From Podarcis vaucheri (lineage: Eukaryota), in assembly GCA_965113315.1 (NCBI GenBank), contig OZ220375.1: a DNA stretch of 64,000 nucleotides; one strand, 5' to 3'. Position 1 is the stretch's first letter. Every line of letters begins with the position of its first letter. Shown piece after piece: positions 12,570 through 23,408 of this stretch. Position numbers and translations under genes: made by a program. A model generated the notes under the pieces. The model saw nothing but the letters and a program-made list of their open reading frames with translations. It had not been told where the DNA came from and made no database searches.

Positions 12570-12648
12570 GAGAGTCCTGCATTCCAGGGGGCTGGACCAG
12601 ATGACCCTCAGGGTCCCTTCCAACTCTACAGTTCTATGATTCTGTGAT
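12570..12648 (+). mobile_element. CR1/SINE 3' tail fragment (similar fragments at about 11335-11418 +, 51425-51500 -, 60867-60935 -, 61395-61460 -)
   Basis: ggaccagatgaccctcagggtcccttccaactctacagttctatgattc motif, or its reverse complement. Confidence 0.75.
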
Positions 12649-13521
12649 TTGTGCATGCATGTGAACAGCTTTGCCTGATGACAGTGGCTCGTTATGTCAC
12701 CAACAGGTAAGCCCAAGAGCAGGCATAGGCAAACTCCGGCCCTCCAGATGTTTGGGACTACAATTTCCCTGATCACTGGTCCTGTTAGCTAGGGATGATG
12801 GGAATGCCTGCCCAAGAGTGTAACACCCCTGCAAGCAAGTGCCAGAGAGAGGCTGGTGGATGGTCCACTTTTTCTTCATGGTGTTCACCAGCTTGTTCAC
12901 TTATAAGGCAACAAAAGCTAAAGGGGCGTCCCCCTCGTATGCCCTCACTCACTTCCCCAACAGCACTCCTTCCGTCAGATATGCCAATCAGCAAGTGAGC
13001 ATGGTATACGAGGCTAGTGCCACTGCCAGGAGCCAAAGTGAAGGGGGTGCTGGGGGCAGAACCAGCCAGTTGCCTCCCCCCTATGCCAGGTACCAAAGTC
13101 AGGCCATGTGAGAAGCTTCTCTCCTAATAATGGAGTTTGGAAATTGTTCAGTGAAATTGGCTGTTGATTCAGGATCAGGACAGACAAAAGAGGATCAGCC
13201 GCTTAGAAACTGTTGACTAGAATTCTGATCCGTTTTTGATGGTGTTGAATGACCAACTGGAACTCCTTCAGAAAGAAGAGTTGAATGGCAACAGCAGCAG
13301 AAGAAAAAGGAGAAGGAAAACCATATTTGGGAAGATCTAACAGGGCTCCCCTTAAACCCTAAACCCTACAGGTAGCATTGGTGGAATTGCCTCAGAGTCT
13401 CAGCGTTATGTGTAGTCTGCAGTAAAAATGGAGAGCAGCATTCTGTGCCAAGATAACTTCAATGCAGCAACACTAATGGGGGGGGAGTGTGTTGAAACCT
13501 GCAACCTATATAAATGTGCAA

Positions 13522-13530
13522 ATCTATCTA

Positions 13531-13585
<55 letters not shown>
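13522..13585. repeat. (TATC)n microsatellite
   Basis: Direct read. Confidence 0.95.
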
Positions 13586-14055
13586 TCTAGGGGCCTTATT
13601 TTGACATTACTATGCCCACCACACCAGGGAGAACCAATAAAGCCCAGTCCTCTTCCTCCAGGGAAATCCTGAAGATCCAGCTAGATGCTACGTAGGTTAG
13701 TAGCGATCCAGCAGGTCCTGTATGACCTCATTCTCTTGCATTCTCCAACGAGCCCCAAAATGGCTGCTTCTGTTTCTTTCTTGGCATTTTTTCGTATTTG
13801 CTTTCCTCTCTATGCAACTATGGGTGGAGCATTTTGGTTCCTCACTTCAACTGGTTTATTCTTCACCTGAGCCCTTCCAGAAATGCAGCTGGTAACTCTA
13901 GGTGCTGGAGGAGGGGAGCTGCAAAGTGGTCAATGGTGGCGAGTTTTGCAGGGAAGGCAAGCGACAAGGAGGACTAAACTGCAAGAGTGAGTAATGGGGT
14001 GGGGAGTGGGGTGATGTGGGGAGCCTACTCACCAATTCCCTGCATTCCAGGCATC

Positions 14056-14153
14056 CTACTCATGCTTCCAGGGGGCCGCGTTGGCATTGTAGTCATGCAG
14101 GTACCAGGAGGTGGCAGAGGAGTCTGATGCTGGCTGCGGCAGGCGGCGGGCGC
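14056..14153 (-). CDS. KCNC3: Kv3.3 alternative C-terminal exon GARRLPQPASDSSATSWYLHDYNANAAPWKHE* (exon extends to 14033)
   Basis: Long pyrimidine tract then ccccatag|GC. In frame with exon 3 (phase 1). DYNANAAPW resembles the DLNANAAAW end of human Kv3.3 as recalled. Donor TTG|gtgagt lies 23 nt after the stop. Confidence 0.8.
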
Positions 14154-15710
14154 CTATGGGGCCCGGGTTTGGTGGGCAGTGGGGTAGAGGGAGAAGGATA
14201 GGGGGTAGGAGCAATGGATGGAAATGAAAAGGGGGTAGGAGAAACAGACAGAGGATGTGTGAGGAGGAGGCACTGAAGATGGGCATGTGATGAAGTAGAG
14301 GAAGGCACAGCTGTGAAACACCCCTCTCCCACCCCTCACCCCTCTCTTGCCCATCTCCCAACCTGAGCTCAGGACTCCTGGTGCCCAGACTCACCTGTCC
14401 TGATACATTGGGTTTCCCTTCCTCAGGAGTCCTGCTTTTTTTAGCTTTTAGCTTCTAACGCACTACCACTAAGAGGTAAATCTGCATGATATCATGGTTA
14501 GGACGCTTGCCGTAGATGAGAGAGACCTGGGTTCAAATCCCCACTTAACCACGGAATTCACTAGGCGGCACTATCTCTGTGCCTAACCTAACTCACTGTG
14601 CGGTTTATGAGGATAAAAGTAGTGGGGAATAATTCTCTGTGCAGGCTTCAGAGAGGAAGTGGAGGGCTATTAGTATGTCATGTTTAATGACAGAGCAGAC
14701 TTCTGCCTCAATCATTCTAAGCTGTTTTTAAACTACAGCTATAATTTTCATTGCTTTATTATTACTTAATTATGACTGGATAGTGCTTTTGTTTAATAAA
14801 TGTGGCATTATTATTATTATTATTAACTAACAAAGCTGCTTGCATATTTTATTTATTATTACTTGGCTTGAAATTAATTTCTTGTTAAAAGAGGCAGGTG
14901 ATCTCCTGCTATGCTTATCCTGATTTGGGACAGTAGACTCCAGCGGTCACGTCATTTTCACTGCTGCTTGCTGGCTTGCTTGATTCCCAATCTATCTGAA
15001 CGAGCTGCAAAATTATTTAACAATGTCCTCAGTAAGGTACTATTGTTGGGACTTGGCATGGGGGAAGCCTCAAATCCCAGTTCAAGAATGAGTTCACCTT
15101 GGGCCAGTGACCATTAGTCAGCACAGCCCTACGTTGTGATGATGGTGGTGATGAAGAAAATGAGGGTGGCTTGTCTGCTGCCTTGACCACCTTAGAGGAA
15201 AGGTGGCATATAATGAAAGCCAGTAACATACAGCATCTTGTAGATGTTTTTGTTTGGAGGCAATCTAGAAATAATGGTTAAATAAGAAGAGAAAAGCTGT
15301 GCTTTTAACAGGAAATCCTAGCAACTGAACCTGGGGCTATGTGTGCAAACTGTGAGCTCTACAGCTTAGCTGTAGCACCTTCCCTAAAATGGCCAAAGCA
15401 TTGGTCAGGAATCAAACAGGTCTCCCTTGTGACACATCAAGACCATGAGGTATAGGAAGGGGGGCAGTGGGGGCAGACAGCCCTGGGTGCCCTCACTGAG
15501 GGGGGTAACATTCGGCATGCCGCCCACGACTCCCAGGCCTACCCCGAGCCGTCGGGGTAAGGGGGGGAGCTGCGCCACTTTGCCGGTGCCATTCCCCCCT
15601 TTCCCTTTCATTTTGACAGCTTGGGGGAGGCTTGGGAGTCGCGGGCGGGCAGCATGCTGAATGTCCGCCATGGGCGGCTCGCTCCGGGCACTCAAGTGGC
15701 TATCCCGCAC

Positions 15711-15842
15711 CTGGGAGGGCACCCTCCACACCACATACCCCTCGGGAGCTCGTCCACCCTGGGCAGCAAGGGCATATGCTCCACCGCTGCACTGACCCAG
15801 AAAATAATGGTGTGCAGCACTGAGGAAACAGCAGCACACGAG
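15711..15842 (-). CDS. KCNC3: Candidate 132-nt symmetric (phase 1-1) cassette exon encoding a Cys-rich insert
   Basis: Acceptor ttttattttgttttaag|CT and donor CAG|gtgcgg. Open in the Kv3.3 frame. Lies in a locally GC/CpG-rich patch of an otherwise AT-rich intron. No homology recognised. Confidence 0.35.
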
Positions 15843-18800
15843 CTTAAAACAAAATAAAACCCTATGATTCTGTGACTCACTCCCATCAGCCCCATCCTGC
15901 CTTGCCTAAGAATTTTTCTGTGGTGCAGATGGTATTCAGCAGTCTCCTCATGCTGGCCAGGCTACCAATGTCCTAAATTTTCCACCAGCTGGGAACACAG
16001 CTCTCTCTCTCCCCCTACCCTCCCATGAAGGAACATCCATTATATTCTGAGCTACAGGGAATATGATAGGCAACTAGTGCAAGGCACAGGATGGACTACA
16101 CCACCCCATTGGAAACATGACTATGCTGAACAGAAGACCCACTCCCTCGTTTACTTAGCATAATGTTTAACCCAGCAGTCCTTGGCTTGATCTCTCTCCC
16201 TCTTCATATCAAGTTTTAATTTTATTTTATTGTGTGTGCGCGCGTGCTCAGCCTTGGTGCTATGCAATAAGAAAATTTCCATTTGCAGACATCTGGATTA
16301 ACAATGATGCACAAAGCAGTGGCCTATTTCCCATGTTAATTTGCATACATTTGGATTAGGATGTAAAGAGCACTTAATCTCCAAGAGGTATGAGGGCACA
16401 AATCACCCCCTACTATCTGTCCTAAAAATTCTGCTCCCCAATATTAAATCTGGCATAACACTTTGCAGCTATTCAGTGGAACTGATGCTCTGCACATGCT
16501 CAGACATTCTATTTATTTTACTGTAATGTATTCCGGGAATGAGCCCTGCTACTGAAATCAGATTCTGTAGCTGTGTGCCTTAACTCAAACCTCACCTCCA
16601 ACATTTTGTTACAGTTTGCACCCATTGAGATTTATTAATCTCTATAAGTAAATCAGCAGTGGTCTTGCCCTGAGTATTATATTTGATTTAAAAGCATATG
16701 TCAGTGAATATTCACATACTTAGGGCTTAATAAGTGTATGCAAATGAACAGTACATTGAGTATTTTTAAAAACGTGTTTGTAGATTAAAATCCCAGATGA
16801 ACAGCTGGTCTAATCTCTTAACTGCAAACATACGAAAGATGCTGTAAGCACTCTAGAAGGGTACTCTCTATTTGCATGGGGGCAACAGATTGGCTTAACA
16901 GCCCCAGCTGATGTCCAGTTTGAACTGATTGGGTGCCAAGCATTTCACAGATGAAAACAGGAACATGCTTGTCATACTCCTCATTCAAAAGAGCCCTCCA
17001 CGGCATGTTAATGAAGACTCTACTCTGTCCATTGCATGCTTTATTTCTTTAGTCTGCAATAGCCTGTCCTTCACAAGGTGGTTGTTATTTTGATTAAAGA
17101 TATATTTGAAACCACAAAACTGTCTAGTAATGGATCACAACCCAAAGTATACCCCAGCACCTGCAGTGAGTAATATGGTAGGTTGTGCACAGCACACAAG
17201 GCAAAAATAGGGACACTGATTTACCAAGGCCGGTTAACCCAAAATAGGGGCTGTCCGTCATAAACTGAAACAGTTGGAGCATACGGAGTTCTTGGATATC
17301 CCCCAGAGCCATCTGCGACACAGAGAGGTTCTGTGGCCAATGCACAGGAACTTCTAGGGGGAACAGGTGACATGGAAAGGGCTACTTCAGGGCAAGACAT
17401 CGGAAAACTACCAGCCTGCTATCGCCACAGTAAACTAGTTGTGCTCCAATTCTAACTCCACTTTCTTGGAAGTAAGCCCAAGTCCTCAACAGGACTTAAT
17501 TCTGAGTGGATGTGGTTAGGATTGTGCTGTTAGGCTCTAGGGTACCATAGCACTCTTTATACTTCAGCTAGTAAGCAAGAACATCAGAGCAATGCTTTCC
17601 CTTCCTTTTTTAATTTACATACACTGGGATTAATTAGCAATTGCTTATGAACAACAGGCTTTCTCCCCTCTGGCCCTTTACTTCTCTCTCTTATCCAGCA
17701 ATCCAAAACCCACTTAACTCCAAAAAGGAGCCTCATATAAGTGAACAGGTGATCTCTCTCCACAGTGCCTGGTTAATGGATTGCGGCCTTAAGTCTGCTT
17801 TTCATGCATCATGTTTATCCTGAGGCTGTGATGTGATAAATTACCAAGTGGTATTTCAATAACACCACCGCTTTATTCATGCTTGTCCAGACATCTTTTT
17901 AATCTGGTGGTAAGATTGCTGTGGCTCTTTGCCAAGGACATTTCCGCCCACACATGTGCTCCTAGGTGATATCCCAGAATGCACTCTGGCATATCTGGGA
18001 CCACTGAGACTGGCTTAAGTGTGCCAAGTGTGGGGAGGGGACAACTTTGCTTCTCCATGTTTGCTTGGAGGACCAAGAAAGGAAAATGGGGTCAAATGCA
18101 GTGAACAGAGGTAGATATTTTCTTTAGTGCACACACAAGGCTAGGTAGACCTTTACCCAATTAAAGCAAAAATTGTCCACTATGACACCCTGAACTCCAC
18201 CTATGGTAATCAGGTGCAAATATTTGTTGATCAAAAGCACTGTTCTATTCAGCATCAGATTTTAATTTTTTAGAAACTAGCTTTAATGTAAATCTAGAGA
18301 GAGACTGCCAAAAGTAAGCACCATTTTAGCATTTGCATTCCCTCCTTTATGAGAAAGAGGAAATGCCTTTTCCAAGGTGATACCTTCTGTCACAAGTTTG
18401 TTGGTTTTTCTACATGTAAATATTTGATTGATGGATTAATGAACTAAAACTCTTATGAATAATAACAAAGATTTATTTTAATCAAATGGCAGATATTAAA
18501 AAAAAATTCACCAGGGACAGTTTCCCTTGCAAGAATACAAACAGCTAATTCTGTTAAAACTCCCTCTGTTACACATTTTGGTAGAACAAAAGGATTGTTT
18601 TCTTTTTTACTCACTATTACAGTAGCCAGTCGGGATCAAAATATGATTGTACACTTCACTGTCAGCTCCACCAATTAATACTAGTCCCTACATTAATCAA
18701 CAAAACATTTAGTTGATTAACTGAGTAAAGCCTGAGGCTCTAATTAAGACCTGAAAAAAAATCAGAAGAACAAAGTTTTGGGGTACGTTTGTTTGTTTAG

Positions 18801-21800
18801 CTGATTGAAGCCTAACACTGACTATGAGAGGACAAAAGACTAAATAGAGGTTGGGAATTACAATTTGCTACCTTGTTAAACACAAAATACATTTAGCTGA
18901 ACAGTGCACTTGGGTTCTTGCATTGTAATTGTGAGTACAGTAAACATAACCTTTACTGATGGATTGTGTTTGAAGTGCCAAAGTATTTTGTTATAAATTC
19001 CAGAGGGGTAGCTATATTATCTCTTGCAGCAAAAACAATTTAAGAGTCTTGTAGTCCTTTAAATTCCAACCAATTTATTATGGCATAAGCTTTCATGGAC
19101 TCGAGCTCAGTGACATTTGTTAGTCTTTAAGGTGTCACAAGACTCCTTGAAAGTATTTTTGAGTAGGCTACTCCTGAACTTCAGGAATAACTTTCTCTCA
19201 GTCTCTCATGACCCTATTCCTCAGTAATCTTACATTAGTAGCTAGAATTGAGTATCAGCGGAGGTGAGGTGGGTGTAGAAGGACCCCTCTGGCCCATTAA
19301 CAGAAAAGAGCAGGTTAAGCTTTTTTGGCAAACAGCTATGCATGATCAATTGCTAATGGTTGCAGAACAAGCAGCAGTTAAAGGGGCACCTATGCAGGTT
19401 TGGCTGAAAAACGGACAACACTAACCAGCCTCCACTTAACTAAGTGAGACTTGCTTCTAGGTAGATATGCATTGAATTGCAAGGATATCAGGGATGGATT
19501 CAAAATAGGCCCTGCTACCCATTTCAGATAAATGAAGGGAACTGTAGACAGATCAGTCACGTTAGCAATGAATTTCTTCCTAAGCACTACAATGTTTAAT
19601 CAATAAACAATTACATTAATTGTTTAATAAAAATATCTGCTTGGTTTAAAAAGGTGCTTTGATTAATCAGACAGCAGATTCCATCGTCCCAAAAAGGTAT
19701 TAGTTTTAATGCAGGCATCCTTAACAACTGCATATAGCAAACACACTTGAAAGAGGCATTTCTACTTTTACTGCACATATACACATAGTATGCATGTGAA
19801 AATCTCTCTTCTAAAATACCTGCTGTGATACAAACGTATCTGATGTATATAAAAAAATCCCCTTCAGAGGTACTGCTTTACCTATATTCAAATTTGTGCA
19901 AATCTAAATTTATTAATTGGCTAAAACTCATATAGTTCATCATCAGAGTTTCCTTTAATCCTGGTGACAGTCCTGGTATTTTCACCAATAAGCCTTGGGG
20001 GACCAGGTGAAACTCAGAGTTCATCCAGACTTCCTTTTGTGTCATGTTTCTAGGCACAGGTCTGTGCTTTAAATCTCCATGTCTGAGTGCTTTTTTTTTT
20101 TTGTCCCAGCACTTTCCCTGCGAAAACCCACTCTTTACCACTGAAAACAATCCTGTGGAAAACCTGAATTGCTGTTTGTTCTGATTCAGCATTAAGGAGC
20201 AGGTTTTCCTGAGGAAAGTGGTAGGGGGAAAATAAAAAGCTCTTAGACAGGGAAAGTGCAGATCCATGCCCAAGAAGGCACAGGGCAAAAAGTAAGTGTG
20301 GATCAGCCCTTAGGCTTGTTTTGCTAGTCAGGAAAGCTGGGAGATTCTGCCCTTTGCTGGAAACTGACTGCTGCATCAATTTATATGAGCCATGTGACTT
20401 GTAAGACAAGAAGAACTCTATTGTGCACCTGTGGTCCCTTTGCTTCCTTTTCCTGACACTGACTGCCCAAGACTGAAACCGCAAATTGATTAACTGGTTA
20501 AGTAATTAAAAACCTTTTTAGTTGACTAAAAAGACACTGCCAGTTAGTAAGACAACTCTTTTCTTAAAATAATAATAATTTGAAATGGTGCACAACCAAC
20601 ACCATCTGAGAAAAGCCATTCGCCAGTGCCTGCTGTAACATATACATGCACCACCAAAACCCAAAGGAAGTACACTTCCTTTCTTCAAAGCTATTGTTTT
20701 AGTCATCATACCAAACTGACTGATTAAAACTCACTTGGTTGATAGACTACAATTTCTTTAACCAAGTGATAACCTTAATTCTGCTTGATGAAGAATTCTG
20801 TGCAATTCAAAGGTCTGCATGCTGTTATGCCAAATGAAGTCTTCCCAGTAAAATATCATACCTATACCAAAACCTATTTTATGTCTCAAAAGCTGTGGAC
20901 CAGAAAGATAATTGTCAAGATTTGGACCTAATGACAAGTGGCAAGCCGACAAGTCACTGCTCCCTTGAGCTCTCTGTAGTTGCTCCTTGCTCGCTTCTTG
21001 CCGATTCTCCCTGCTGTGTAACACCTCGAACATCTGTCGTGTTCTCTCCCTCGGTGGAAGTAAATACCTCGTCAGCTTTCATTTGCTGCCTCCTCCTGTT
21101 CCCCTGCTGTGACAGGCACAACCTTGTCCCTGTTTGAGAGGCTGCCTGCTGCTAAGATCAGCTTCTGACAGATGCTAGACCAGCAGTTATAAAACACTCA
21201 ACACACGTTGCTGCTGATTCCTCTCCAGAGGGGCAATGTCCTCCCATACCTTTCCACAGTGAGATGGGCAAAACTAAGATCGGCTCTCGCCTAATTTAGG
21301 ATGGAGGACTGCAAATGGAAGAGGTCTCATAAGAACTATTGGTAGGTTTTCCAGCAGTACTGAAATCAGATTGATCAGTGAGAGCAGTCCAGTGTTTAAA
21401 TTGTAAATTCTAAATTGTAATGATGCCTTCCAATGTTAATAGCTAACTGCCCTGCCCTAACTAGCTTTTCTGTCTATGCAGATGGCTGAAATGTGGTTTT
21501 AAAGGTGTGTTTTTTTAAAAAGGGAATCCTAATATGTATAAATGACTATGAGAACCTATTAAACTGATTAATTTGTAACAAATACATTGGTAGAACCACT
21601 TTTCAGAAATCTGAAATTGACCTCCTTTCAGCCTCCTTTTTGTAAAAAAATAAAATACAAGTTCCTAAGCCTCTTTCTGGAAAAAAAAGTGCAGAAGGAC
21701 AAACTCTCAAAGCCTAATGGGGGCAGGTCCAGAGACTTTCAACAGACAAGAGAAGAAATCCTATCCACATCCTATCCATGTTCCTCATCCCTGTATCCTG

Positions 21801-22885
21801 TACTGACTCCCCCTTGCATTGGCTTCCTTATCCAATTATAGCCAACTTTCACAATATTAAAAATTATAAATGAACCTATTTAAAGTACATAATTTGTGTT
21901 TTTTTCAGCAGAGAGACTAAAATTCTAGGTTGGGTTCCATAGGGACATAAACATTTTCCATCGAGCTCTAAATGTATACTTTCGTATTCTGAAGCTTGTC
22001 CCCCAACAAACCTCTCTTTAGCTTCACCTGAGTCCTGAAATAGTTTGGGGATTTGAGAACACTTTAAGAGAAATTGAGGAGTAGTGGTGGAAGCACTAAT
22101 TGCATTCGTGACAATTTCTCATGAAACTACTATTGCCCAGAATTGTCAAACCACATTTTGAACTTCAAGAGTTTGCATAGGCAGCTTTAAAACAAGAAAT
22201 GGCCCCAAAATGAATGAATGGAAAACACACCCCAGCTTATTTATTTTTGACTCATTATTCACTTAGGTTTACATCCTACCTAAGGCTCACAGCAAACATA
22301 ATCTTTCTTGACTGCGCTCCTGAAAGGTAGCTTATTATTACTATTCCCATTTTATAGATGGGGAGTGGTGTTTATGGGGTCCATGTTTAAGTAAGGATTT
22401 AAAACCAGGTCAGTTGGGTTAGAGTCTGTTTTTTTTTCCTATTCAAAGGACAACAACAGCAGGGCAAGGGTGGGTAGGAGGGAGAATATTGGTAGGATTT
22501 TCATCACAACTAGTCACTGAAAATAAGGTAGTCTAGTCTTTGCTGCTGTTGTTTCCTTCAAAATGGTAGCTTCAGGAATGTGAAGAGCACCTACAGTCAT
22601 TGTGGGACAGAATGATACAAGTAAGGGAGAAAACATGGAAGGAGATGGGGGACTGACACAAAGCAAGGGCTGACCAAAAAAGCATCTATTTGTTGAGTGG
22701 ATGTGATAATGGAGCTGGGTGTGTGTGCAGGGAACATAACACAGGACTGAGCTGGTAATCTCGGAGGTCATGAAAATCACAGGAAGCAACTGGGAACGCT
22801 GGAAGGGGAGGACCTCCTTCTCCCTCCCCAATTTGAACCCAAATTGCTCAAGATCAATTGTGCTGGCGGGTTGCCAATTGAAAAG

Positions 22886-22977
22886 AAGCACTAGAGGGCG
22901 CTGTTCTTGGAACGATGGATGCTGTTGCTATGGTAGCAAAGATGGGCAAGTTGAGGCCTTCCAGTTGCTAGGGCATC
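22886..22977 (+). promoter_or_regulatory. CTCF motif plus two RFX X-box-like sites
   Basis: GCACTAGAGGGCGCT (22888-22902), GTTGCTATGGTAGC (22924-22937), GTTGCTAGGGCATC (22964-22977). Confidence 0.6.
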
Positions 22978-23213
22978 ATCTGCCTCATTTTAATTTGTCA
23001 TGACCTTTTAACCCTCATGACAGGGTTATATTTAAACAAAGTACACATTAGCAGTTGCCTTTTTTTACCTCAGAAATGTGGCAATTTGAGGTTTTGCTGT
23101 GACAAGGGTTATGGAGGTGGTGGTGATGTGGGGAAGGGAGATGTCGTACTTGGACTACTTGTTTAGATGCTCTTGCGAAAGAGGCAGGGCAAAAATTATG
23201 CACATGGATGTAC

Positions 23214-23408
23214 CTTTTCGGATGTTCCCATCAGGTGACTGACCAAAGTCACCTGTGGAGAGGAGAAAGCAGGCTCGGTCACGGTTGTAGCGTTCCCGAC
23301 CGCCAGGTGTGACAGGTGACTTCTCCTCAGGTGACAGGGCCTGGTCTATGGTGGGGCAGTCCTCATTAGCCAATGCTGCATTTGCTGCATCACCATTCTG
23401 CTTGGAAT
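23214..23408 (-). CDS. KCNC3: Kv3.3 third coding exon (195 nt, phase 1-1)
   Basis: Acceptor ccgttcacag|ATTCC. Reads (D)[64 protein letters not shown], matching the Kv3.3 distal C-terminus. Donor AAG|gtacat. Confidence 0.93.

Noticed and set aside
14390-14460. Strong orphan donor CAG|gtgagt at about 14394
   Set aside because: No adequate pyrimidine tract or acceptor upstream to define an exon.
18600-20760. Recurring TTGATTAA/TTAATCAA words (also about 6570-6690)
   Set aside because: Not a regular array or CRISPR-like structure. Most simply decayed subterminal repeats of an old DNA transposon.
20895-21180. Plus-strand KDNCQD peptide resembling a Kv3.2-type tail, and a purine-rich minus-strand stretch
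   Set aside because: The peptide is on the wrong strand for KCNC3. On the minus strand no convincing acceptor plus open phase-1 frame with homology was found.
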